Shown here: one piece after another, positions 1-9,826 of the stretch
Layout of the letters: every line of letters begins with the position of its first letter
Position numbering within the stretch: the first letter of the stretch is position 1
Source of the DNA: a virus
Taxonomy: Duplodnaviria > Caudoviricetes
DNA length: 58,061 nucleotides
IMG/VR virus record: IMGVR_UViG_3300032232_000240
Coordinates: 1-58,061 of that record
Reading direction: 5' to 3' (one strand)
Program-made: the position numbers and the translations under genes
Notes under the pieces: generated by a model
The model's database searches: none
Told to the model about the DNA's origin: nothing
What the model saw: the letters and a program-made list of their open reading frames with translations, nothing else

Positions 1-1392
1 CGCGGTATTTCTTGAATTCGTTGAAGCCTTAAGTGCTTGATAACCAACCGCAGTGAGATAACTATCTGTATTGGTAGTAAGAGCGCGAGCCGCTTGGTAT
101 CCAACCGCAGTGAGCCCGGAAGATGTGGTAAGACTGTATAATGTTTCGTACCCAAAGGCTGTGTTTTGTGTCCCGGTGGTGTTTTTGTTGGCCGCGTAAG
201 ATCCTACAAATGTATTGTAAGAACCACCTAAATTTTCTTCCCCAGCACCTACTCCAATTCCAGTGTTGTAATCACCGGTGGTCTTGTTTAACGCCGCTGA
301 CCCCATAGCGGTGTTATACCCTCCAGTAGAAACCAAATTAAGAGCATTTGCCCCTACTGCCGTGTTTTGAACACCACTTGTAGAAGTGTAAAGTGCTCGA
401 TACCCAATAGCGGTGATGTTTGTCCCAGTCGTATTAGCATATGCCGCCTGATACCCAACAGCAGTGATGTTAGAGGCGGTGGTGTTGGAACTTAATGTCT
501 GATATCCAACAGCGGTGTTATTGGAGCCGGTGGTGTTGGCGTCCATTGGGTTATGCCCAACCGCTACGTTATTACTGCCTGTTGTGTTGTTATATAGAGC
601 ATCTTTACCAATTGCAGTTAAAAAAGTTCCTGTTGTATTTGTTCGCAACGCCCGTTGTCCAACCGCAGTGTTGGCTGAGGCTGTGGTGTTGTTGAAAAGC
701 GCTTCAGTACCAACAGCGGTGTTATTGGAGCCGGTGGTGTTGGAATACAACGCGCTATATGCCCCCACCGCAACATTTAAAGAGCCGGTAGTGTTAAGTT
801 GCAGACAGTTTTTACCGAACGCGGCGTTAGTTCCGGTTGTGTTTGTATATAACGCTTGAACACCAACCGCAGTGCTTTCCGATCCGGTATTGGAGTAGAG
901 TGATTGGTAACCAACAGCGGTTATGTTAGTGCCCGTGCTATTGGTATACCCAGCCTGATAACCTACAGCAGTGTTGTTAGAGGCGGTGGTGTTAAGTGCA
1001 AGCGCACCATCCCCAATTGCTGTGTTAAATGCACCAGTTGTGTTTGTAGTTAGACAAGTTCTACCCACTGCTGTATTGCTTGAAGCAGTGGTGTTTCCAG
1101 CCAGCGCACTTACCCCAACTGCGGTTGAGTTGGAACCCGTGGTATTTCCTACCAACGCAGAGTGACCCACAGCAGTGTTGGAAGCACCCGAAGTGTTGCC
1201 GTTAAGCGTCCCATAACCCAATGCAGTCAGTGAAGCCCCCGTGTTGGAGCCAGCCAAAGCAAGTAGTCCAACAACAGTGTTTTGAGCAACCTCACCCGCA
1301 CCCCGCCCAACCGTCAAGCCATCGATGCTGGCAGACGTTCCACTTGCCGTTACCGGGCTGATCCCGGTATCGCCGCTAATCGTTACAGCCAT
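1..1392 (-). CDS. Tail fibre/adhesin paralog 3 with Hep_Hag/YadA-head-like repeats; 3'-truncated at the window start (absent from the ORF track)
   Basis: ATG at 1392 overlaps the upstream TAA. Hand translation of both ends gives MAVTISGDTGISPVTASG... and ...YLTAVGYQALKASTNSRNTA in the same frame, with ~14-aa NTAVGxxAL repeats. Confidence 0.85.
   Translation of the reverse strand, partial: MAVTISGDTGISPVTASGTSASIDGLTVGRGAGEVAQNTVVGLLALAGSNTGASLTALGYGTLNGNTSGASNTAVGHSALVGNTTGSNSTAVGVSALAGNTTASSNTAVGRTCLTTNTTGAFNTAIGDGALALNTTASNNTAVGYQAGYTNSTGTNITAVGYQSLYSNTGSESTAVGVQALYTNTTGTNAAFGKNCLQLNTTGSLNVAVGAYSALYSNTTGSNNTAVGTEALFNNTTASANTAVGQRALRTNTTGTFLTAIGKDALYNNTTGSNNVAVGHNPMDANTTGSNNTAVGYQTLSSNTTASNITAVGYQAAYANTTGTNITAIGYRALYTSTSGVQNTAVGANALNLVSTGGYNTAMGSAALNKTTGDYNTGIGVGAGEENLGGSYNTFVGSYAANKNTTGTQNTAFGYETLYSLTTSSGLTAVGYQAARALTTNTDSYLTAVGYQALKASTNSRNTA
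830..932. repeat. 103-bp exact repeat, identical to the window end (57959-58061)
   Basis: Direct base comparison; diverged similarity continues upstream of both copies. Confidence 0.95.
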
Positions 1393-2966
1393 TATTTAGC
1401 CTCCAGTTGGGCAACCCGTGCCGCCAATGCAGTGTTTGCTGCTGTAAGTTCTTGTACCGCTTTGATTAGCATTGGTACAAACACGCTGTATTTGACGTTC
1501 TTAATTCCTTCGTTGTCAATTTCAACCAAACCCGGAAAAACTGTTTCCAGTTCCTGCGCAATCACGCCAATGTGCTTCTCATCTGGCTTGGCTTTCAGAT
1601 TGTAACTGCGGATTTTGACTTGATTCAATGCCGCAAGTTTGGGCGTTGCATCTAAAATGTTTTCTTTAAGAATAACATCGGAAATTGAGCCATATGAATT
1701 GTTGGTGTTTACGCAATTACCAGAATCCCTGACCGCAAACGCTCCTGATCCGTTTCCATTTAGACAATATTGAAGATTGAAACTGCTGTTGGTGGTGTTA
1801 CGATTCCCGCGAACGCCAAGGACATTCCCCGCAAATGAGGCGCTGTCTGCTCGAAGGTATAAAACTTGATCACCAGAGCCGCCAGCGCTTACAGGGCTGC
1901 TAAAGTAATGGTATGAAAGATTTGTACCGTCCGGGAAACCACCGCTTGGTGATGCAGCAAAATATCCGTTGCCGTTGAACATTCCGCGTGGGTTGCCGTC
2001 ACCGTCTGAAAATACTATATAGTTAGACGCTGTGCGAATATCAAGGCTACCTTGATTTCCATTGTACGCTCCAATGACAGTATTTTTAGAACCAGACGTT
2101 ACATTATATCCAGAATTTGCCCCGATAAAAGTATTCCCCGCACCGGAAGTGGCGCTGTATCCTGCATAAGCTCCAATAAATGTGCTACTGTTATTTCCCT
2201 GTCCGGTTAAATTCGAGCCAGCATTGGAACCAACGGCTGTATTGGATTGAGCAATACCACCCGCACCGCCCTTTAAACTCAAAAAGGCTTGATAACCAAT
2301 TGCTGTGTTGCTTTCGCCGCCGAAACTGTCTTGGGCAAAAAGCGCCCTGTACCCAATGGCGACGTTGTAAAGTCCCGTGGCGGAATTAAACATTGCTTGA
2401 GGACCAATAGCCACAGTGTTAGACATGGTTGTGGCGCTATATAAAGCCGAACCGCCGACTGCTACGTTGCCTGTTCCAGTTGTAGTTGAAAACAGCGTAG
2501 AATCGCCTACAGCCGTATTCCCGGTCGATGAAGTTGTTGAATATAAAGCGTTGGTCCCAAGCGCCACATTTCCACTGGCAGTGGTAGCAGTAACCATCGC
2601 CATCCTGCCAAACGCAGTGTTTTGCGCTCCGGTGCAGTTCAGAAGGGCTTGATAACCAACAGCAGTGCTATACGCGGCAGAAGTATTGGCTTGAAGTGCT
2701 TGATACCCAATTGCCGTGTTTTGTGCGCCGGTCGTGCTAGTAGCAGCCCCAGATCCAAGAGCAGTCAAATAAGGGCTTGCTGAGTTTGTTACACCAGTCA
2801 AGCCAAATGCAGCCCCGCTTACCGTTGGCGCATTGGTAAAGTTCACAACCTGCGCTGCACTAATTGACACTGCCGTAGTACCAGCAGTTTGAAGTTGCAA
2901 CACCCCACTGGTGTCTGCTGTTGTAATCAGCCCACCACTAGTTGCTGCATTAATTATACTAGCCAT
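1392..2966 (-). CDS. Tail fibre paralog 2 with repeat region and C-terminal peptidase S74-type intramolecular chaperone
   Basis: NTA[VI]GxxAL repeats; ISDVILKENI motif, HIGVIAQE, terminal coiled coil. Confidence 0.88.
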   Translation of the reverse strand: MASIINAATSGGLITTADTSGVLQLQTAGTTAVSISAAQVVNFTNAPTVSGAAFGLTGVTNSASPYLTALGSGAATSTTGAQNTAIGYQALQANTSAAYSTAVGYQALLNCTGAQNTAFGRMAMVTATTASGNVALGTNALYSTTSSTGNTAVGDSTLFSTTTGTGNVAVGGSALYSATTMSNTVAIGPQAMFNSATGLYNVAIGYRALFAQDSFGGESNTAIGYQAFLSLKGGAGGIAQSNTAVGSNAGSNLTGQGNNSSTFIGAYAGYSATSGAGNTFIGANSGYNVTSGSKNTVIGAYNGNQGSLDIRTASNYIVFSDGDGNPRGMFNGNGYFAASPSGGFPDGTNLSYHYFSSPVSAGGSGDQVLYLRADSASFAGNVLGVRGNRNTTNSSFNLQYCLNGNGSGAFAVRDSGNCVNTNNSYGSISDVILKENILDATPKLAALNQVKIRSYNLKAKPDEKHIGVIAQELETVFPGLVEIDNEGIKNVKYSVFVPMLIKAVQELTAANTALAARVAQLEAK

Positions 2967-4723
2967 TATTTAGCCTCCAATACTTCGATGCGGGCTGTTA
3001 GTTCTTTGACGGCATTAATCAAGTACCAAGTCAAATTGTCCGGATCCACCGACAGAACGCCAGTTGATTCCTGCTTCACGCAGTCAGGCAACACTTCCTG
3101 CAACTCCTGCGCGATTACACCAAGTTGAACACCCGACTTTTTGATTGCGTCAGTAGGTTTGAGTTCAGCATCAACTTCTTCCGGCAAACGATATTCAAAG
3201 TTTCTGACGCGGATAGAATTGATTTGATCCAACCCGTTTGCGTTGTCAACAATGTTCTTTTTGAGACGCCGGTCAGAAGTGGTAGACCAAGCACTGGAAT
3301 TGTTGCCTTGATATACACCACCACTCCCAGCGTTAATAAATCCGGTGCTCCCACCTTTTCCAGTTGAACCACCAGATGCGGACACGACTAATTCATAGTT
3401 CACGCCACCGCTTGATGCAGAATTTGAATTTCCAATGTAAGTATTTCCAGTGCCGGTGGTCACATTACTACCGGCATTTTCCCCAATCCCGCAATTGTTG
3501 CTCCCGGTAGTAACTCCGCTGAGTGCGTATGTTCCTACGGCTTGGTTAAAACTTCCCGTAGTACAGGACTGCAAAGCACTCTGACCGCCGCCACGAGAAC
3601 TGAACCCAATGGCTATATTACTAAAACCGGTGGTGTTATTGTACAAGGCGTTGTCGCCAATCGCAATAATGCCAATGTTTGTACCACCACTTGAATTGGT
3701 GTTATAAGCAGCCGACTGTCCAATAGCAATAAAGTTTGTACAGCCAGTTGATGTTCTCGCTGCCTGATACCCAATCGCTATAACTGCGCCGGTAGTGTTG
3801 TTGTACGCGGCTTGATATCCAATTGCTACGCTGTTGTTGCCGGTTGTGTTGTTGTAAAGAGCCTGAGTGCCGTATGCAGTATTGTAACTACCTGAACTAC
3901 TGGCGTTGTTGTACGTTTGAAAACCAAAAGCAGTATTGTAACTCCCTGTAAGAGTCAATCCGGCTTCATTCCCAACAGCGGTGTTGTAACTGCCGGTTGA
4001 ATTTGTCATACAATACCGACCAACCGCCGTATTGCTTCTGCCGGTAGTATTGTTTTGACCAGCGATTGAACCAATGTAGCAATTGTCAAAACCTGTGGTA
4101 GTGGCTTGTCCTGCGTAATAACCAAACGCAGTATTATTACTAGCGGTGGTATTAGCATTTAGGGAGTTTTGACCAAAAGCGGTGTTTCCTGCCCCTGTGG
4201 TGTTAGAAAATAATGCTCCGTAACCCACTGCCGTTGCATCGACACCAGTGGTGTTTGAATATAATGCTCTGTAACCGATAGCGACAAAAGCACTGCCAGT
4301 TGTATTTGCATAGGCTGATTGAAAACCAACTGCTACGTTATTATTGGCAGTTGTGTTAGCAGCAAGTGCCCCAGCACCAACCGCTGTGTTCTGAGAGCCA
4401 CTTGTATTTGCATAAAGAGCGGCTGTAGAACCCGATCCAATCGCAGACGCGCCAATTGCTACGTTACGCTCGCCCGTAGTGTTGGTATTGAGCGCTTGAT
4501 ATCCCACCGCTGCATTTTGAACACCTGTAGTGCTGGTCGCCGCGCCGGACCCAAGAGCGGTCAAGTACGGGCTTGCGGAGTTCGTTACACCGGTCAATCC
4601 ACTGGCGGTGGTAGCAATCGTTCCACTAGAACTAGGAAGAGTGAGAGTAACAGAACCTGCTACAGCAGGGGCTTGTAACGTAACGCTTCCACTAGTATCA
4701 CCAGCAATTACAATTGCGCTCAT
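2966..4723 (-). CDS. Tail fibre paralog 1 with repeat region and S74-type chaperone
   Basis: Same repeats; TSDRRLKKNI, LGVIAQEL. Start placed at ATG 4723 (ATGA overlap with upstream stop). Confidence 0.88.
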   Translation of the reverse strand: MSAIVIAGDTSGSVTLQAPAVAGSVTLTLPSSSGTIATTASGLTGVTNSASPYLTALGSGAATSTTGVQNAAVGYQALNTNTTGERNVAIGASAIGSGSTAALYANTSGSQNTAVGAGALAANTTANNNVAVGFQSAYANTTGSAFVAIGYRALYSNTTGVDATAVGYGALFSNTTGAGNTAFGQNSLNANTTASNNTAFGYYAGQATTTGFDNCYIGSIAGQNNTTGRSNTAVGRYCMTNSTGSYNTAVGNEAGLTLTGSYNTAFGFQTYNNASSSGSYNTAYGTQALYNNTTGNNSVAIGYQAAYNNTTGAVIAIGYQAARTSTGCTNFIAIGQSAAYNTNSSGGTNIGIIAIGDNALYNNTTGFSNIAIGFSSRGGGQSALQSCTTGSFNQAVGTYALSGVTTGSNNCGIGENAGSNVTTGTGNTYIGNSNSASSGGVNYELVVSASGGSTGKGGSTGFINAGSGGVYQGNNSSAWSTTSDRRLKKNIVDNANGLDQINSIRVRNFEYRLPEEVDAELKPTDAIKKSGVQLGVIAQELQEVLPDCVKQESTGVLSVDPDNLTWYLINAVKELTARIEVLEAK

Positions 4724-6963
4724 AGTACCACCCACCTTGATCCAGAACTAACTGTTACCGATTGCCCCGAAGCTATTGTTATTGGTCCAGCAGAATGTCC
4801 ACTGTAACCAGCAGCAATTGTATAGCTTGCAGCCACTGTCAAATTATTAATAAATATTCCATTACTTGCTGTAATCACTGTAGATTGTAAATCACCAGCA
4901 GATGGTTTATACAACAATTTAGCATTACTTGTATATATTGTTGTAGCACTGCCACTTGTAGCATTAGCAAAGATTGGATATACGTTAGTAGAAGTAGAAG
5001 TGTCATTACTAACTGTTGCACCACCAACAGAATTCCATGCCGGTGAACTACCGCTATATCCTTCAAACTGATTTGTTGTTGTATTATATCTCAACATACC
5101 AACAACAGGAGATCCCGGTTGCTGCCCAGTAGTACCACTACTAATCTTCAAAGCACCAGTTGAAGAGAATGTACTATCGCTTGTTACAGTGATTGCACCA
5201 CCAATAGTGGCATTGTTAGACAAGAAAATGTTTCTAGGTCTTGTAGCACCAGAAGCACCAATGTCATATGTATTATCAGTGAATAGCAAATTACCAGTGA
5301 GTGTGCCGCCAGTAAGATTAAGTTTTAATGCATCAGCATTATCAACATAATCTTTAGTTGTTGCATCAGTACCTGCTGTTGGTGTTCCTAATCCGGTAAT
5401 CTTGCTTGTTCCCATTGCAATAGCACCAGACATGGTTCCACCAGACAATGCCAAATAACCAGTTGCAGGGAGATAGGCAGCTAACCATGCTGATCCCGAA
5501 TAAACACGCATTTCACTAGATGTTGTATTAAAATACAAAGCACCTGTAAGAAGTGCATTACCGTCATTATCCAATGTAGGATCAGACGCTTTAGGCCCCA
5601 AATAGCGATCATCAAAGCTATCATAAGAAGCAGCAGCAGCAGTAGCACTTGCTGATGCATTGGTAGCCGATGTAGACGCATTGGAAGCCGATGTAGCCGC
5701 GTTGCTGGCAGAAGTAGCCGCAGCCGCCGCCGAAGTAGCCGCAGCAGTAGCACTTCCCAAAATACCATCGACATACGTTTTAGTAGTTGCATCTTGAGCG
5801 TTTGTTGGGTCACCCATTCCGGTAATTTTGCTAGTGCCCATTGCAATAGCACCGGACATTGTACCGCCGGTAAGACTTAGTTTAAGAGCATCAGCAGTAT
5901 CTACATATCCTTTAGTAGCAGCGTCTGTACTTGCTGTTGGTGTTCCCAAACCAGTAATTTTGCTAGTATTCATTGCAATTGCACCAGACATAGTGCCACC
6001 AGCAAGTGCTAGTTTAGTTGCAATGGAATTGGTAACTGTTGTGGAAAAACTTGCATCATTGCCCAAAGCAGCAGCAAGTTCATTAAGAGTATCTAATGCA
6101 CCGGGAGCAGAAGCAACAAGATTGCTAATAGAAGTATCAACGTATGTCTTTGTAGCAGCGTCTGAGCCATTAGAAGGAGCAGAAAGCCCAGTGATTGTAC
6201 CGACAGAGCCACTAGTCATATCTAATGTGCCATTAATGACTACATCATTAAAGGAAGAAGAGCCAACAGTGGCTGTTACGTTTCCAGTTAGATTGCCAGT
6301 GACGTTACCACTAACAGCACCAGTATGTGTGCCGCTGGTGTTTCCAGTGACGTTTCCAGTTAAATCACCAGAAAAGCCAGTAGTGGCTGTAATTGTAGTG
6401 CCTCTAACAGTTGTTGCTGTAGTAGCACCAATAGTAGTGTTATTAATTGTACCGGCACTAATTGCTGCTGAAGCAATAGTAGCAGCAGTGTTTACTGTTA
6501 AATTAACAAATGTACCATCAGCAGCAGTTGTTGCTCCAATAGTGGTATTGTTAATTGTGCCACTACTAATTGTTGCTGCTGCCGCAACAACGCTTGCTAT
6601 TGTTGCTGTGCCAGCAAGAAAAAAGTCTTTAAATTTAAGAGCACCAGTTCCTAAACTAAAAACATTATCAGTAAGTGGGTTTAAGACATTTTGTGCAAGC
6701 CTAACTTGTTCAGCAGCAGCACTAGAAACACTAACAAAGAAACCAAGTCTATTATTTGTACCGTCTACTACAACTTTATTTCTAGCATTAGTATCAGAAA
6801 TTAGAGAAACATAAGCACCTTCAGCAGCAGTACCGTCATGCCTGTGTCCACTTGCTTGCGCAAAAGCATCTCTAAGAGCATTATACTCATTATTAATAGG
6901 GGCAGCACGAACGATAGCCGTAGGTACTATATCTGCTGATGATTGTCTAACATATCCAGCCAA
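4720..6963 (-). CDS. Proximal tail fibre / fibre adaptor protein
   Basis: Follows tail nozzle gene; Ala/Thr/Gly-rich; GNVTGN repeats, four DA[AT]TKxYVD units, APGALDTLNELAAALGND fibre motif. Confidence 0.8.
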   Translation of the reverse strand: MAGYVRQSSADIVPTAIVRAAPINNEYNALRDAFAQASGHRHDGTAAEGAYVSLISDTNARNKVVVDGTNNRLGFFVSVSSAAAEQVRLAQNVLNPLTDNVFSLGTGALKFKDFFLAGTATIASVVAAAATISSGTINNTTIGATTAADGTFVNLTVNTAATIASAAISAGTINNTTIGATTATTVRGTTITATTGFSGDLTGNVTGNTSGTHTGAVSGNVTGNLTGNVTATVGSSSFNDVVINGTLDMTSGSVGTITGLSAPSNGSDAATKTYVDTSISNLVASAPGALDTLNELAAALGNDASFSTTVTNSIATKLALAGGTMSGAIAMNTSKITGLGTPTASTDAATKGYVDTADALKLSLTGGTMSGAIAMGTSKITGMGDPTNAQDATTKTYVDGILGSATAAATSAAAAATSASNAATSASNASTSATNASASATAAAASYDSFDDRYLGPKASDPTLDNDGNALLTGALYFNTTSSEMRVYSGSAWLAAYLPATGYLALSGGTMSGAIAMGTSKITGLGTPTAGTDATTKDYVDNADALKLNLTGGTLTGNLLFTDNTYDIGASGATRPRNIFLSNNATIGGAITVTSDSTFSSTGALKISSGTTGQQPGSPVVGMLRYNTTTNQFEGYSGSSPAWNSVGGATVSNDTSTSTNVYPIFANATSGSATTIYTSNAKLLYKPSAGDLQSTVITASNGIFINNLTVAASYTIAAGYSGHSAGPITIASGQSVTVSSGSRWVVL

Positions 6964-6973
6964 AATACTCTCC

Positions 6974-8542
6974 TTATCGCCTATCGTTCACTGAATAATT
7001 CAAGACAAATCCTTGAATAGTGTGGCTTGCATTTGTGTCATTTGTAACATATTTCATTGATATTGAAAAACCACTGCCATTCATATTTGTTTTCCTAACT
7101 GGTGATGGGTTTCCGTCATAAATTGCTGCTGCATCATAAACTGCTTCGTTGTAGTATGCTGCTGCTCCGCTGGTAGTAATTGTAAAGTTAGAGGGATTAA
7201 AAACTTCTAGCTGCTCTGTTGTATCAAAATCGTAAGATACAGAAAATACAATATTTGTAGAACCTTCACTTCTTAAGAAAGTGGAAATATTATAAAAATT
7301 CTTTCTTATAGTTGGGTCTTCAAAATAATAATATGGGGTTTGATAAACACTTAAAATAGAATCACTATTAAAACTAGTTCCGCTTTCTTGTAAATGTACT
7401 TTACCAGTGGTGTCCCCATGTATTACAACTTCATTTACACCAACATATCCACTGTCTGCACAAGTTGCTGGTATACCAAAAAGTAAGCTATATTCAAAGC
7501 CAATTCCTTGATCTGTTTGTCTTAAACCACCCAATACTCCAAATGTTCCTTCATCTGGAATAAAAAATCTAAATTGTGATTTTTTACGGACAACAACAGA
7601 AGAAAGAGTTTCTACATCAATTGACCCTGCTACAAGTTCTTGTAATATTGCAGCTATAGTAAACTGAATCTTCTTTGAAATTGTTTCAATTTCAGTATCC
7701 CCAACTGTAGTATTTGCCGTAGCAGCTACAGGTCTAAATCCATCTGGTCCTAAAAATAAAAGATTACCGGAAAGCTCAATAACGCTATCTGGTACTACAC
7801 AACCCAAATTAGAAGTGACTTCAACAAGAGCAAAATCAGTAATACTAGTTCCAGTTACTCTTTTAATTGCATTCTTACCAAAGACAAACAAATCATCTCT
7901 GAATTGTTTAAGTTGTACAATATCAAAACCCACATTAATTACACCAGCACCATTTGCAGGGCTGAAATCTGTTTCAGCTAGAGGAGCAGAGAAATAAAGA
8001 TTTTGAGGATCTGAAGGATCACCACCTAAGAACATGTGATTTTTAAATGCTGCTGCATACTTAGGAGAGTTTGGAGCATTAGCGTCTGTAATTTGTGTGT
8101 ACGTTGTCCCGTCATAAATAGCAGCAGGATTAATACCGTCTACCAGTAATACTTTTGCAGCTACAAAATTATACTTAATAAATCTCACTTTCTTTACGCC
8201 CGTCATTGTCACTGTGCCGGGAGTAGTAATTGCAGACCATGTGCTACTAGAAGCTACCCATTTATAAAAATAATTTGTACCTGCTGAAGGAGCGCGACAA
8301 GCAAATACAGCATCATTTAATCCTTCAACAACTGCAACACCCAATACTTTACCAGTGCCTGTTACAGTGCCGTAGCTATTAGAAAACCCACTAATACGTC
8401 TATATCCACCAGTTGTAGATGGTTCGTAATTGATTAGTTGTGTAGCACTTCCGGGAGAAGTTTCTGGCTGAGCAAGCAAATCTCTGTTAGTGTCTAGACC
8501 ACCAACACAGTTAACTTTAAACCCACTAATTCTATCAGGCAC
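6974..8542 (-). CDS. Tail tubular protein B / nozzle (beta-propeller, P22 gp10/T7 gp12-like role)
   Basis: 522 aa, beta-rich, GGL N-terminal motif, GCVVPDSV motif, position after adaptor. Confidence 0.7.
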   Translation of the reverse strand: MPDRISGFKVNCVGGLDTNRDLLAQPETSPGSATQLINYEPSTTGGYRRISGFSNSYGTVTGTGKVLGVAVVEGLNDAVFACRAPSAGTNYFYKWVASSSTWSAITTPGTVTMTGVKKVRFIKYNFVAAKVLLVDGINPAAIYDGTTYTQITDANAPNSPKYAAAFKNHMFLGGDPSDPQNLYFSAPLAETDFSPANGAGVINVGFDIVQLKQFRDDLFVFGKNAIKRVTGTSITDFALVEVTSNLGCVVPDSVIELSGNLLFLGPDGFRPVAATANTTVGDTEIETISKKIQFTIAAILQELVAGSIDVETLSSVVVRKKSQFRFFIPDEGTFGVLGGLRQTDQGIGFEYSLLFGIPATCADSGYVGVNEVVIHGDTTGKVHLQESGTSFNSDSILSVYQTPYYYFEDPTIRKNFYNISTFLRSEGSTNIVFSVSYDFDTTEQLEVFNPSNFTITTSGAAAYYNEAVYDAAAIYDGNPSPVRKTNMNGSGFSISMKYVTNDTNASHTIQGFVLNYSVNDRR

Positions 8543-9252
8543 TACATCACCCTAAGAGAGACATACGATCTTGTAATAGCGGTAGATTGCACACTAATTG
8601 GTTCGTCAAGAAGAAGTCTTCTCATAGATCTAATACCTTGATCAAACTTCTCAGCATGAATGTTAGCACTTTGTTCATTAGATCTAAACAACATCATATA
8701 TGCCATTGCACCATCAATGATAACATTTTTAAATCTATCTGGAATTATACATACATCTGTATAAACCACTAAATCGTCAGGAAAAGACCAATATTTATAT
8801 TCCACTTCATATGGATTTAAAGGAAGAGGACTTACACCAAATTTGCTTTCTTGTGTTTGATATACATAAACTGGAGGAGCATACCCACCAGTACCAGCAT
8901 TGTCATCTATAGATCTACGTTGTTCTGTGTAGTAATCAAATGTAATAAGTTTAAGTTTGCCGGGACTGCTGTTATATGTTGTAGATTTTTTTAAATAAAA
9001 GCTATCCCAATCAACGCTAGAAGTTGCTGTTGGAAAAGCATAAGTGCCTGTCCCAACAGTTAATGTTTGTGTGTATGTTACAAGTGTAAACGGCCATTCT
9101 TGTGCAGAATGAAGAATTTCTCTAATAGCTGAATTAATAGCATCTTTAGCTAATGCTTGAATATTTTTAGCAGTAGCAAAGTCTGTGCTATCCATTGTTA
9201 CTTCGTTCATTCTACGAAGCAATTCATTAGTTAGAGAAAGATAGGTAGCCAT
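8542..9252 (-). CDS. Tail tubular protein A / head-tail adaptor
   Basis: MATYLSLTNELLRRMNE start, WPF motif, synteny. Confidence 0.7.
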   Translation of the reverse strand: MATYLSLTNELLRRMNEVTMDSTDFATAKNIQALAKDAINSAIREILHSAQEWPFTLVTYTQTLTVGTGTYAFPTATSSVDWDSFYLKKSTTYNSSPGKLKLITFDYYTEQRRSIDDNAGTGGYAPPVYVYQTQESKFGVSPLPLNPYEVEYKYWSFPDDLVVYTDVCIIPDRFKNVIIDGAMAYMMLFRSNEQSANIHAEKFDQGIRSMRRLLLDEPISVQSTAITRSYVSLRVM

Positions 9253-9262
9253 AACACCCTAC

Positions 9263-9300
9263 AAAAATAAAGGGGCAACACCATTGCTGATGCTGCCCCT
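9263..9300 (-). terminator. Rho-independent terminator after the capsid genes
   Basis: Minus strand AGGGGCAGCATCA-GCAA-TGGTGTTGCCCCT followed by TTATTTTT. Confidence 0.8.
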
Positions 9301-9314
9301 ATTACTAGCTTACA

Positions 9315-9815
9315 TTAAGCAAGTTGATCGCGGTCAACTGACAGACCCAAGATTTCTCTACGGTCTGTAATGTCACAGATAACAGCAAAGACGCGGATCT
9401 TACCTGCACTTAGCGTAGTGGTTTCAGTAACCAACAGCAAGTCCAAGGTGTCAGCAGCTTTAGTCACGATAGGATAACCGGCAGTAGCTGGAGTGGCATA
9501 GTCACCCACAGCAAGAGAGCCAGTCACACCAAAAGCAGACACATAAGCAGCAGCCGTTACACCAGTAACGCCCAAGCTCACCGTGCAGCTACCCGTTACA
9601 GCAGCAAGAATTTCAAAGCCAGCAGACAGCACAACGGATTGTGCAGGAATCTGAAGAGCTTCGATCACATCAGCAGCAGCCAAAGCACTGCCTTTTGCCG
9701 TAACAGCAGCAGCCAAATCAATGACGTTTTCTACAACATAAGGCATTTGACGAATACCGCGTGAAGGATGCGTACCTGCTCCAACGGCATTTGAGAGAGT
9801 GGAAATCGTTGCCAT
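9315..9815 (-). CDS. Capsid-associated (decoration/cement-like) protein
   Basis: Immediately after MCP with AAGGAG RBS; beta-rich 166 aa. Confidence 0.55.
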   Translation of the reverse strand: MATISTLSNAVGAGTHPSRGIRQMPYVVENVIDLAAAVTAKGSALAAADVIEALQIPAQSVVLSAGFEILAAVTGSCTVSLGVTGVTAAAYVSAFGVTGSLAVGDYATPATAGYPIVTKAADTLDLLLVTETTTLSAGKIRVFAVICDITDRREILGLSVDRDQLA

Positions 9816-9826
9816 TTATGTTCTCC

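Noticed and set aside
680-932. Diversity-generating retroelement TR/VR pair with 57810-58061
   Set aside because: Mismatches are not confined to adenines and no reverse transcriptase gene is present
495-6814. Plus-strand ORFs such as 515-859 and 5828-6814, and similar antisense ORFs elsewhere
   Set aside because: Shadows of repetitive Thr/Ala/Asn-rich genes on the opposite strand; no RBS or protein motifs
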